From Candidatus Poribacteria bacterium (GTDB lineage Bacteria > Poribacteria > WGA-4E > PCPOR2b): 64,000 nt of DNA. The stretch spans positions 74,357 to 138,356 of the forward strand of contig CBDBMC010000001.1 of assembly GCA_965207095.1 (NCBI GenBank), written 5' to 3'. The stretch's first letter is position 1, and each line of letters opens with the position of its first letter. The notes under the pieces were generated by a model, which was not told the origin of the DNA, did no database searches, and saw only the letters and a list, made by a program, of their open reading frames with translations. Position numbers and translations under genes: made by a program. This document shows positions 47,241 to 56,942 of the stretch, piece after piece.

Positions 47241-47510
47241 AAGCAATTGTCATGCCAAAAGAAACGAAAAACGCCCAAACCCAGTGGGCATCAGGCTTCA
47301 AGCACGAAATGGTCCAAAAAGTCGTTGATAGCGATTAAAACCCAATTATTAGCAACTGTTACTTAGCAACTATTGCCAAAGTTACCTTGAGCAACTGTTG
47401 CTAACTTTTTTGCACAAGTTCTAAGAGGGAAACTGAAGCCCGTGCATCGCTGGAAACATCCAACATATCCCACCGCCTTGTCGACTTCAACGAGTGCTTG
47501 AGATAGGGTA
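47241..47510. repeat. Repeat family D, copy 3
   Basis: Seen directly. Confidence 0.8.
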
Positions 47511-47559
47511 TAGTGCAAACTGTGCAACTCCCCATTCAGACTATTTTCTTTAGAGTTAA

Positions 47560-47805
47560 ACTATTGGTTTAACTCCTCAAAAATTAAATTTGCATCCTGT
47601 CTATATCCTCCTGTATCCTTTGAAGTATAGGGCTTACACAGTCAACTGTAGGGGTAAGATTACCCCACCCGTGCTTGTCAGAAATCGGTTGCTGTTACGC
47701 GATCTGTTATATGAACCAATTTATTTTCGACAACTTGAAACTATTTGTTTCAAGTTAAAGAATTTAAATTTGCATCCTGTCTGTGTCCCCCTGTATTCTT
47801 TAAGA
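47560..47805. repeat. Two direct about 45-bp repeats (AATTTAAATTTGCATCCTGTCT...) each preceded by a short palindrome
   Basis: 47582-47625 and 47761-47805. Confidence 0.6.
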
Positions 47806-47811
47806 TAACCT

Positions 47812-47950
47812 AAGTTGCTAATTAGCCTGTAGGTCGCCTTTCCACACTCGCCACGAATTAGACTCACTGAAGTCACGAATGCACATGCTAATTAGCCTGT
47901 AGGTCGCCTTTCCACACTCGCCACGAATTAGACTCACTGAAGTCACGAAT
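47812..47950. repeat. 1.8 copies of a 76-bp tandem duplication (CTAATTAGCCTGTAGGTCGCC...)
   Basis: Perfect 63-nt identity between 47812-47874 and 47888-47950. Confidence 0.85.
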
Positions 47951-48017
47951 CGCCCGCTGGGGCTTGGTGCGTGTAGGAATTCACTGCTGCTATAAACATG
48001 TCGCCCCGCTGGGGCTT
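47949..48017. repeat. REP doublet (first copy degenerate)
   Basis: 47949-47965 and 47998-48017. Confidence 0.75.
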
Positions 48018-48022
48018 TAAAA

Positions 48023-48082
48023 CTGTAGGTCGAGATTCACATCTCGACACAAAACCGTCGATTTCGGAAAATCGACCTACAG
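48023..48082. repeat. 60-nt palindromic hairpin element family E (CTGTAGGTCGAG...CGACCTACAG)
   Basis: Seen directly; related to 16854-16911. Confidence 0.7.
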
Positions 48083-48455
48083 AAATGATAGGGGATTAGG
48101 GCCTATTGGTTTGAATGTACCGACGACTAGCAACTTGCGTTAAAATATAGGACTTATGCAGTCAACTGTAGGTGCTCCGTTCCGAGAGTTGTCAACTTGC
48201 ATCTCCCGATTCATCGGGAGAGTCTTCGGAATGGGATTGAAACAGAGAGGAATCTCCCAATCCCGATACATCACTCCGCAACTTCTCATTTCATTTATTG
48301 GCTTATGTTAAAAGTTCGTGCAATAGAAACCGAGTTTTCAAGTCCCGATTCTCGGGATGCTCGGAACGGCAAAAAAACTCGGTTTATAGTGCTCGGTCTA
48401 TCAACTAGCAACTTGCGTTATAGAAAGGAAATGGGAACAGTGGAGAATCTCGCAA

Positions 48456-48594
48456 TTATAGTAGATTTTAGAGTTAATGAGACACTCCAAATCGGCTTGT
48501 CCCGATTCTCGGGATCCCGACAGATCGGGATTGGAAACAGCGCCTACCAGGTGGAGGGCGAAAGCGTCTATTTATTTTTAGAATCCGCCATAAG
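48456..48594. repeat. MITE of the GGTTGGAAACCGC family (ends TAGTAGATTTTAGAGTTAATGAGACAC ... TATTTATTTTTAGAATCCGCCATA)
   Basis: Related copies 50950-51228, 52626-52897, 63021-63370. Confidence 0.7.
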
Positions 48595-48629
48595 AAGGCA
48601 AACTACGTTTACCGAAAAAAGGAAGGTAA

Positions 48630-49601
48630 ATGGATAACCGACGAGCAATTCACCGCAGTCCGCGGACACAAAACCGAGACCTTGTGGGACACAGCCCAGC
48701 CACACAACAGGTGCGAGAACGTATTCGGCAGGCGGTTGACGCAAACGTTGATACGATTCTCCTCACGGGTGAAACCGGCACAGGCAAAGAGGTGGTCGCA
48801 CGGGAAATTCACTTTCAAGGGTCTTCGGAAGAGAATCCATTTATTGCTGTCAACTGTTCGGCGTTTCCAGGGTCGCTGGTTGAAAGTGAACTCTTTGGCC
48901 ACGTCAAAGGAGCCTACACCGATGCGACAGCGGATAGGGCAGGCTACTTTGAGATGGCAGATAACGGCACGCTTCTTCTGGATGAAGTTGCTGACCTCCC
49001 CCTCCACACACAAGCAAAGCTACTTCGGGTCGTCGATACGCGGACACTGATGCGGGTTGGCGGCACTCAAGAGATCTCTTTCCAGGAACGGATTATCAGT
49101 GCATTTAACAGAGATCCTGTATCCCTTGTCGAATCTGGGCAGTTCCGCAACGATCTATTCCATCGCCTGAACGTTTTTCCTATCCACCTGACACCGCTTC
49201 GAGACCGTCAGGAGGATATCCTACCGTTAGCAGATCATTTTCTGGAAGCATACACCGCCAGAAGTGGACGCAGCTTCGACACCTTTTCGGAGGGGGCACA
49301 ATCGACCCTTCTGGATTATCAATACCCTGGCAATGTGCGTGAGTTGCGGAATATCGTTGATCGCACTGCCGCTCTTTGTCCGCTAAAGGTTTCGCTGATA
49401 GGAGCTGAACATCTTGATATTCAAGGAGAAGTATTGGAAGAGATACCGTTGCAATCTGACCAATCAGCGGACGAGAATGAACAAGAGCGAATCTTGCGGG
49501 CACTGAAAGCAACCCGATGGAATCGTCGTCAAGCCGCAAAAAATCTCGGTATCCCCTACTCCACCTTCCGCGCAAAGATGAAAAGGTTGGGAATTTCGTA
49601 G
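48630..49601 (+). CDS. Sigma-54-dependent transcriptional activator lacking an N-terminal sensor domain (AAA+ sigma54-interaction domain + Fis-type HTH), with GAYTDA in place of GAFTGA
   Basis: 323 aa; GETGTGKE Walker A, ESELFGHVKGAYTDA, C-terminal NRRQAAKNLGIPYSTFRAKMKRLG HTH; AGGAAGG SD. Confidence 0.85.
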   Translation: MDNRRAIHRSPRTQNRDLVGHSPATQQVRERIRQAVDANVDTILLTGETGTGKEVVAREIHFQGSSEENPFIAVNCSAFPGSLVESELFGHVKGAYTDATADRAGYFEMADNGTLLLDEVADLPLHTQAKLLRVVDTRTLMRVGGTQEISFQERIISAFNRDPVSLVESGQFRNDLFHRLNVFPIHLTPLRDRQEDILPLADHFLEAYTARSGRSFDTFSEGAQSTLLDYQYPGNVRELRNIVDRTAALCPLKVSLIGAEHLDIQGEVLEEIPLQSDQSADENEQERILRALKATRWNRRQAAKNLGIPYSTFRAKMKRLGIS

Positions 49602-49645
49602 GTGCAGGGACTCAAGATCCATGATGTCGTTTTGACGGTTTGGAT

Positions 49646-50512
49646 CTATTTGTCGGATACAAGCTGCAGGGTACGCCGGGCGCGTTCCACCACGGGCAGA
49701 TCAACCATCTGACCATCGACGGCAACCGCACCGGCGCCGGCGGTTTCCGCTGCCTCAAAGGCTTCTACCACGCGCTCGGCATGCGTAATCTCCGCATCGG
49801 TTGGATGGAAAACTTTTGCTACGACCTCAATCTGGGCGGGGTGGATCAACGCCTTGCCGGTAAACCCAAGATCACGGGCAAGCCGCGTGTCTTGTTCTAA
49901 TCCTGCCGGATTCCGAATATCGAGATAGACCCGATCTATGGCTTGCAACCCTTCGCTGGCGGCAGCGACGACGAGCGCAGACCGGGCGTAAAGGAAATCT
50001 CCGGCTTCGGCTTGGCGGACGTTAAACAATCCCAGATCCATCGCAAAGTCCTCCGCACCGAACATCAATCCGACAAGTCTGGGACTGGCTGCTGCAATTG
50101 CGGGCGCCTGAATCAACCCGCGAGCACTCTCAATGGTGGCAAGCAGCCGAACACTGCCCTGTTCCAGTCCCACTTGGGCCTCGCGCGCCTCCAGAATCGC
50201 ACTGACTTGAGCCACGTCTTCGGGGCAATTCACCTTAGTCAGTGTGAGTCCATCGAGACCGGGACGAATCACCGCCGGAAGGTCTACTTCTATCTCTTTA
50301 GTCCCGGCGGGATGAATACGAACAAAACGGAGCATTCCACCCGATGGGCGATCAAGCGTTTCAGGCATCATGGCGCGGGCGGTATTCTTTTCGGCGGGCG
50401 GCACCCCGTCTTCCAGATCGAACATGGCGACATCCAGTTTTAGTTGGTAGGCTTTATCAATCATCCGCCTCTGATGTCCGGGTACGAACATCCAAGACCG
50501 CATAATTCGCAT
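49646..50512 (-). CDS. HpcH/HpaI aldolase / citrate lyase beta (CitE)-family protein
   Basis: 288 aa; MFVPGHQRRMIDKA...DLEDGV... Confidence 0.75.
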   Translation of the reverse strand: MRIMRSWMFVPGHQRRMIDKAYQLKLDVAMFDLEDGVPPAEKNTARAMMPETLDRPSGGMLRFVRIHPAGTKEIEVDLPAVIRPGLDGLTLTKVNCPEDVAQVSAILEAREAQVGLEQGSVRLLATIESARGLIQAPAIAAASPRLVGLMFGAEDFAMDLGLFNVRQAEAGDFLYARSALVVAAASEGLQAIDRVYLDIRNPAGLEQDTRLARDLGFTGKALIHPAQIEVVAKVFHPTDAEITHAERVVEAFEAAETAGAGAVAVDGQMVDLPVVERARRTLQLVSDK

Positions 50513-50717
50513 AAAACACCCCTCCTTAATTCACTTCACGTTTGACGCTTCATTCTTCCGCCGATCCATGTCAATCTACACGAACAAGAAATCACTCCTG
50601 CCAAAAAAGGGTGCCACAGGAACCGACCCAATACGCAGTCAACCCCCTAAATCCCCTTGTCAGGGGGACTTTGCACACTTCCCGAAGGGTTGAGTGATTA
50701 GAATTATAGTGGACCCT

Positions 50718-50949
50718 AGTACTCAATCAGATAAGTTCTGCAATTATTATATATTAGGACTTACGCCGCTGAAGGGGCAAAGCCCTGTAGTTCGGCGATT
50801 TATCGCCGCATGACACTATTTCCACCGCCCGATGAATCCCCGATAAATCGGGACAGGCGGGCAACTACAGGCTAAAGTGCGTAAATCCTGTATATGTTAC
50901 CGTTTGCTTTCAATCAATATACACAACCATAATTTGCCTGACAGTGTAC
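50718..50949. mobile_element. MITE of the GTACACTGTCA family with degraded left TIR
   Basis: Right 200 bp about 95% identical to 17090-17290. Confidence 0.7.
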
Positions 50950-51228
50950 TAGATTAATGAGACACGCCAAATCGGTGCGGTTTCATGAAGATTAAAAAAA
51001 CAGTTCGGTAATTTGCTATCGACACCAGCGCGGTTGGAAACCGCGCCTACTGTATGTTTCGAAGAAAATCGGAATTACCGATTTAAATACTTAAATTTCC
51101 TCCAACCGCACCTACCGGGTTGCACTGAATGCCGTGAGGGGCGAAACCGAACAGCATAGGCGCAGTTGGAAACAGCGCCTACCAAACACGGAAGCGAAAG
51201 TATCTATTTATTTTTATGATTCACTATG
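50950..51228. repeat. MITE(s) of the GGTTGGAAACCGC family
   Basis: Contains the 8128-8247-like segment 50978-51100. Confidence 0.7.
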
Positions 51229-51232
51229 TCTC

Positions 51233-51485
51233 TAAGAGCCTGTTTTAAAAGTAAAACGGTCATCCTTAGAAAGGTGTTCACATGTCGCCCCGCTGGGGCT
51301 TGGGTTGTTTGTTTATCCTGATTCTATAAACATGTCGCCCCGCTGGGGCTAAGAGTCTGTTTTAAGAGTAGGTGAAACGGTCATCTTTTGCCATTCTAGG
51401 AGCACAATCAGCCGATTTTGAGAGTATTTGCCCGTAAAATGAGAACTTTCAGAGATTATCCCGATTCATCGGGACAGGCTCTAAT
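51233..51485. repeat. Composite REP-bearing element, family A; REP copies 51292-51310 and 51342-51360
   Basis: As other family A copies. Confidence 0.85.
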
Positions 51486-51524
51486 ACAGTATAGTTCCTT
51501 AATAAGCCGATGAAGAAATGGCTT

Positions 51525-52613
51525 TCACGCATTACGTTTCACGTTCAGATGCATGGCTTCACCCTCAAGCAGGAAACTGCGAATATCGTAGCGCCCGGGG
51601 TACTGTACAGGCAGCTGTCCAGCTTCGACCATCAGATCGAGTGGGTTCGCACGGGTTTGCATCGGTAGACGGACCACCTCGTGGCAGCGTGCAGATTCAT
51701 AGGCGCCCATCATCATGTGCATCGTCCACAAGCCGTTTTCTGCTTGGTTACGATGGATACAACGTCCTTCGATCCACTCAACTAACTCCTGCGCCTGAGC
51801 GGCAGCCGCATCCACCCCCTCAACCTCTACGTCCCGCCAGCCATCCGTCTCAGCATTGAAGTAGCGTATCCAACCGTCGTCGAAATCGATCATCCCGTCT
51901 GTTCCCTGTACAAACGCCCACTTGTTTTCAGAAACGACGTCTGTCTGGAATGTGGCCTGCACTCCGCCCTCAAACAGTAGGAATCCCGCTACGCAATCCT
52001 CACTACGCACACTGCGTTCGTACCGGTCGGTCTTCCGCTCCACCTGACCAAAGACCCACTCCACCTTGGGGTCGCCCAGAATGTAACGCATACAGTCAAA
52101 CCCGTGACTCGTTGCATTGAGCAACCCGGTCAGACGGGTGTGTGATATCCGTGCGGGCTTGCCGATTGCACCCGATGCAATCAGATTTTTCGCCTCCGTC
52201 CACGCCGTAAGAAATCGACGTTGAAAACCGATCGCCAATTTAACCTGATTGCGCTGACAAGCAATCATCATCGCTTCAGCCTCGCCCAGATTGGTCGCCA
52301 TCGGCTTCTCGCAAAGGATAGCTTGGGGCTGACGTGCGGCAGCGGCGATTGTCATTTCCGCGTGAAGGGGGTGCCAGGTGCACACGCTCACGATGTCAGG
52401 TCTCTCAACGTCGAGCATCTGCCGGTAATCGGCGTAGTAGTTAGGAATGCCGTTTCGATCGGCGAAACCCGCCGCCTTCGCTTCTACCGTGTCTGCACAC
52501 GCGACCAGCGCGGTCGCTTCGGTCCGATTATAACCGGAGGCGTGGCTGTTAGCGATACTCCCGCAGCCGATGATCGCAGCACGGTAACCCGCTGATTTCT
52601 GATCGGTCATCAT
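51525..52613 (-). CDS. Gfo/Idh/MocA-family NAD(P)-dependent oxidoreductase
   Basis: 362 aa; AIIGCGSIANSHA Rossmann start. Confidence 0.85.
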   Translation of the reverse strand: MMTDQKSAGYRAAIIGCGSIANSHASGYNRTEATALVACADTVEAKAAGFADRNGIPNYYADYRQMLDVERPDIVSVCTWHPLHAEMTIAAAARQPQAILCEKPMATNLGEAEAMMIACQRNQVKLAIGFQRRFLTAWTEAKNLIASGAIGKPARISHTRLTGLLNATSHGFDCMRYILGDPKVEWVFGQVERKTDRYERSVRSEDCVAGFLLFEGGVQATFQTDVVSENKWAFVQGTDGMIDFDDGWIRYFNAETDGWRDVEVEGVDAAAAQAQELVEWIEGRCIHRNQAENGLWTMHMMMGAYESARCHEVVRLPMQTRANPLDLMVEAGQLPVQYPGRYDIRSFLLEGEAMHLNVKRNA

Positions 52614-52625
52614 TTGTGCTCCATT

Positions 52626-52897
52626 TATAGTAGATCTTAGAATTAATCAGACACGCCAAATCCCGACTTGTCGAGTCCCGTTCCGAGGATCCCCCCGATA
52701 AATCGGGGTAAACTGTATCGGGAGATGCCGATAAATCGGCACCGGTGCGGTTAGAAACCGCACCTACCGGGTTGGAGTGAATGCGGTTGGAAACCGCATC
52801 TACTGGGCCTGGGGAAAATATAGAATTACCGAATTATTTTCTGAAACCTCATGAAACCGCACCTACCGGGGACGGAAGTGTAGATTTATTTTTAGGA
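52626..52897. repeat. MITE of the GGTTGGAAACCGC family, followed by an IS982-TIR-like CTAGCAACTTGCGTTA at 52907-52922
   Basis: Seen directly. Confidence 0.7.
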
Positions 52898-52928
52898 TCC
52901 ACCATAGTTTATCAACTAGCAACTTGCG

Positions 52929-54665
52929 TTAATCTATGAGTCCCAAAGTTCTCACACGGTCGCGTATCCCTTCACATAGCCCTGGATGGAACTGTAGCTG
53001 ACCGTCAGGCCCAAGATGCTGCCCATCATACATCGCTGCGGTCTCATAGAGCGTGTACCCGGCGAGTCCTCCGAAACGGTAGATATACTCCAACAGATTA
53101 GCGTGTACGCCTCCGTCGCGGCTATGTCCGACCGCTTTGCTCAGATGCACAGGCACATTGGTATCAGCAGCTTCCCGCAGCATTTCCAACGTGAGCGCGT
53201 CGTTGAGCATCCGCTCGGGCATCCAGCCACGTCCAAACAGCGTGGCTTCGTCCGCTAGCCCAGTATGTAGCCAACTCCGCCAGTTAAACGTGATGTTGCC
53301 GGGACGGGTGCGCCAGCGTCCCTGACAGGCGTCGGGTCGAAACGATTCCATCTCCGCATGAACCTGCATCTGTTTACCGGCTGCCGACAAGCGCTGCTTT
53401 GTCGCTCGTAGGAACTGATCGAAGAATTCGCCTCGTAGCGCCCCGAGCAACGCTGGGTCGTACGGTTCTATGTCTGGATTGACGTCGTATCGCCGCTGGT
53501 ACTCCCGCGTCACAGGTTCATTGAAACCGTAGATCTCCGGCGTATTGGTCCAGCTGCTATGGCAGGAGATGCGAACGTCCAATCCATCAACACCCGCCGC
53601 GATGCACGCGCCGACCCAACTCAACCAGTAGGATTGCACCTCTGGATACGCTTCACAGAGAGAACCGGAGAAATACTCGTTTCGTCCCCTCGCAATGGCA
53701 ATCGCCCCGTCGTTGGAATCCCCCGCAGACGGATCTGATGAAACCGAAGGTTGATTGTTAACATCAAGACATACAATGGCATCGCCGAGTCCTGCATCGT
53801 ACTCAAGGTCACCGGTGCGGAAGTTCCGTAGGGGTCTCCAAACCGCCTTGTGACTGGCGACGACAATCGGTATCGGCTGACCGTCGGGACCAAACGCCCG
53901 TACCATCTCCATGGCGGTGTTGCGGAAGCTGCCATTTCTGTCCTCAAAATTGGTGGTGATTACAATAAAGGGATCAAGCAGATTCAGTCCACTCAGGTTG
54001 AGGGCTCGCACCGCCTCTCCCTTCGATGTGACTGCGTCGCCGTCCAGCTCAAACACATCTCGTGGACAGGTTTCAACAGATTCGGTCAAGGCAAAGGTCA
54101 GGTCTTGCTTTTGGTAGCCGTTGTTATCGTCACTCGTCCAAATTTCGATATTTTCTGGCCCGATACGGACGGGTGCCATGTCCTTTTGGCGAAGTTGGAT
54201 GCGCTCAATCGGAATTTTCTCCAGACCTATCGGTGTGGCTGCGCTCCGTCCTCGCACCCGCATTTCCGGACGCGCCATGACCCAGGGATCGACTTTGCAG
54301 ACCCCACCAATACATGGCAAACCGGGTACAGCCATCATCTCAGGGCTATCTTTAGGATTGGCGTGACTTGCGCCGGTTTCGTACGGCTTGATGGTGGCGT
54401 AAAATTCCATGCCCCGTTCATGGGCTAGGCGGCATCCAACAGCTAAGGGTTCCCCCAAATTTGCAAGGGTCTGGCGAGTCGCTTCCGATTTGTCGGCGAA
54501 ATTTTCCCACATCCCTTTTTGGTAGTAGTTCCAGTACACCCGACGGACGCCCATCCAGTGGAGGCGATCTATTAAGTTTTCCACTAGATCGGCCGTAAAC
54601 ACCAAACGATTGCAGTCGTCCGGGAAGTCAACCAGAGCAGAGAGCAAAAATCGATCGTTTTTCAC
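52929..54665 (-). CDS. Hypothetical protein (possibly glycoside-hydrolase-like TIM barrel; unassigned)
   Basis: 578-codon ORF with uniform coding character; no family motif recognised. Confidence 0.55.
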   Translation of the reverse strand: MKNDRFLLSALVDFPDDCNRLVFTADLVENLIDRLHWMGVRRVYWNYYQKGMWENFADKSEATRQTLANLGEPLAVGCRLAHERGMEFYATIKPYETGASHANPKDSPEMMAVPGLPCIGGVCKVDPWVMARPEMRVRGRSAATPIGLEKIPIERIQLRQKDMAPVRIGPENIEIWTSDDNNGYQKQDLTFALTESVETCPRDVFELDGDAVTSKGEAVRALNLSGLNLLDPFIVITTNFEDRNGSFRNTAMEMVRAFGPDGQPIPIVVASHKAVWRPLRNFRTGDLEYDAGLGDAIVCLDVNNQPSVSSDPSAGDSNDGAIAIARGRNEYFSGSLCEAYPEVQSYWLSWVGACIAAGVDGLDVRISCHSSWTNTPEIYGFNEPVTREYQRRYDVNPDIEPYDPALLGALRGEFFDQFLRATKQRLSAAGKQMQVHAEMESFRPDACQGRWRTRPGNITFNWRSWLHTGLADEATLFGRGWMPERMLNDALTLEMLREAADTNVPVHLSKAVGHSRDGGVHANLLEYIYRFGGLAGYTLYETAAMYDGQHLGPDGQLQFHPGLCEGIRDRVRTLGLID

Positions 54666-54733
54666 CGTCCCCTCCTTGCTATTTTACGAGATAAAATGTG
54701 GGTAGCAGTTTAGCGGATCTCGTCTTCACGCCT

Positions 54734-55564
54734 TCACTCATACGGAATCGCGTCGTTGAAAATCTGTGTCCGCTTCATAATTCGTCGCTCAGTCGGTGGG
54801 AATCCCGCCCGCCGATGCATGGTACACCGGTTGTCCCATATAATTAGGTCGCCAACTTCCCAATCGTGCGTCCAGACAAAACGTTCCTGCGACATGTGCT
54901 CGAAGAGCGTCGCAAGCAGCTCGCGGCTCTCCGATTCGCCAACGCCCACGATGTGCCGTGTCAGGTGGGGACCCACGTAGAGCGCTTTGCGCCCTGTGTC
55001 GGGGTGCGTACAAACGACAGGATGGTCGATCAGTTCCGGAGGATTCTGGCTTTCGACATGATGTCGATGGACAGCACGCATCCCTTTGATCCGTGCCTTA
55101 AGGTCTGTGTCAAGTCCCTCATAGGCGGCATAGCAGTTGCACCACTGCGTGGCACCGCCCGTAGAAGGAAGTTCGACAGCATAGATGATGGAGAGCGTTC
55201 CGGGCTTCCGTAGATATGACAGATCGGAGTGGAAGGGGATCTCGTCGTTTCCGAGTGCTCCGATGGGTTGACCGTCCTTCTCTACATTGGAAACGAAGAA
55301 AATCTCTTTGACCGGACGCGGAAGTTGCCTACGGACATGCTCGACCGCTTGACCGAAGTAGTTGGTGAAACGGACCTGATCCTCGTCGCTAATGTGTTGT
55401 CGGCGAAAGAGAAGAACAGAGTGCGTTAGCAACGCCTGATGAAGTCCCTGGATTGTATCTTCGGGCAACGGGTGTGCTAGGTCTATTCCCCGAACCTCTG
55501 CCCCAAGGGGGCCACCGGTGGGGATCACCTGCATTTGATCAGTACTGTTTGGGGTGATGGTCAT
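54734..55564 (-). CDS. TauD/TfdA-family Fe(II)/2-oxoglutarate dioxygenase
   Basis: 276 aa; IPFHSDLSY (HxD) and distal His in AVHRHH. Confidence 0.8.
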   Translation of the reverse strand: MTITPNSTDQMQVIPTGGPLGAEVRGIDLAHPLPEDTIQGLHQALLTHSVLLFRRQHISDEDQVRFTNYFGQAVEHVRRQLPRPVKEIFFVSNVEKDGQPIGALGNDEIPFHSDLSYLRKPGTLSIIYAVELPSTGGATQWCNCYAAYEGLDTDLKARIKGMRAVHRHHVESQNPPELIDHPVVCTHPDTGRKALYVGPHLTRHIVGVGESESRELLATLFEHMSQERFVWTHDWEVGDLIIWDNRCTMHRRAGFPPTERRIMKRTQIFNDAIPYE

Positions 55565-55737
55565 CTGAACTTCCCTCTATGTTTTTTTCTTAGTGCGGTT
55601 TTTCTCTACGGGAGCGTCTATGCGCTTTTGGTGCGAGCTGGCGAGGCTGTGTAGTTCATTGGTTCAAGAGTTCATCAGTGCAGTAATAGACCAAGAAAAT
55701 GGAACTATAACCCTATTGTTTTCAAGTCTCACACATC

Positions 55738-56103
55738 TCATTCCACTTCCGAAACTTTTACCTTCTCAACTTCATTCGAGATTAGCCACTCCAAAAAGTC
55801 TTCCTGCTCCTCGGTGATCTCAATTTCGGCTTGGTTTTGATCGTCTAACGGGGAGGTCACGTAGAACACTCCGTCGTCATACAGTTCAGATGTAAGCTCA
55901 AGCGGGAAGAAAAACGCATTTGGATCGCCGCTATGTTCCCATTGACGGGCACTGGCGCCCTCGGTGAAGTAGTGGAGCTGCCCGCGCAGCGTTTGTGAGA
56001 TTTCGTACGGTTCAAGCGTCGATTTGTCTATAGCAGATGCAAGATATTTAGCCATATTATCTTTTCCTATCAATTTGTATGCAATTACAAAGGTGGTTTT
56101 CAA
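55738..56103 (-). CDS. Small acidic hypothetical protein translationally coupled to the GIY-YIG gene
   Basis: 121 aa; ATGA overlap with upstream gene; C-terminal EIEITEEQEDFLEWL acidic tail. Confidence 0.45.
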   Translation of the reverse strand: MKTTFVIAYKLIGKDNMAKYLASAIDKSTLEPYEISQTLRGQLHYFTEGASARQWEHSGDPNAFFFPLELTSELYDDGVFYVTSPLDDQNQAEIEITEEQEDFLEWLISNEVEKVKVSEVE

Positions 56104-56942
56104 TTCAGATTCAACCCAAACGCTCTCGAACCGAGTTTATTCTTCCATACGTTTTCATGTGCTATGACTTCCCTACGAGATAAACTTGTAGAAACTGTCT
56201 GCAGTATCGTAAAAGAAAAGTTAGCAGCATACTCATTACCACGCTCGCTCAATAGTTCTTGAAGTTTTGCATTTCCTCCGTGACCATCTTGGGTATATCT
56301 TGTCCATCTGCCTATGATACCATTTTTCCCATACGCTGAACCAACATATTGATTACCTGTTGTCGTATCAACTATCAGATATACCCCTGCAACCGCTGAC
56401 AACATAGTGTGCCACACTCGGTTAGAATCCGGGCCATCGACTATTCGACTCAGTTCATCAAACTTTAGAATAAAGTCAAGATAGCCCGGAAAGGAGCCAA
56501 CATATCCGCCCGGTAGAACCTCAACCACTGCTTTTTTCGTGAGCCATTGACCCCAAGACTGTGTTGCCTTACCCCACTCGATAACGACTCGGTTCTCTAA
56601 GTCCTCAAAGCCAGCAACCTTCTCCAGTTTGTAGAAATAACGAGTGCCTTCGACAATTTGAGGATAAGGGTAGTTTTCTGGCAGATGTCTACGCTTCAAC
56701 CGTTCTTCATCTTTGACTTTATACACACCAATGAACTTTGCCTTAGTTCTCTCCACTCCAACAAAAGAAACAATATAATCGCAGCAGCTAAAAACCTGTT
56801 CACTTTGGCATTGCTGATAAAACTCCAATTGTGCTTTGGTCATCTCACTTATGAGATAATCGCCATGGTCTGTGTGCCTTACTAGCTTAGTTGATTTCTT
56901 CGTGTCCAATCCTCTGATTTTTAGAAGTTCTACGATATTCAT
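56100..56942 (-). CDS. GIY-YIG nuclease-domain protein with about 170-aa N-terminal domain of unknown family
   Basis: 280 aa from ATG 56942 (GGGGGAG SD); GVYLIVDTTTGNQYVGSAYGKNGIIGRWTRYTQDGHGGN...FSFTILQ matches GIY-(10-11)-YIG, catalytic Arg and Asn; AT-rich. Confidence 0.7.
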   Translation of the reverse strand: MNIVELLKIRGLDTKKSTKLVRHTDHGDYLISEMTKAQLEFYQQCQSEQVFSCCDYIVSFVGVERTKAKFIGVYKVKDEERLKRRHLPENYPYPQIVEGTRYFYKLEKVAGFEDLENRVVIEWGKATQSWGQWLTKKAVVEVLPGGYVGSFPGYLDFILKFDELSRIVDGPDSNRVWHTMLSAVAGVYLIVDTTTGNQYVGSAYGKNGIIGRWTRYTQDGHGGNAKLQELLSERGNEYAANFSFTILQTVSTSLSRREVIAHENVWKNKLGSRAFGLNLN

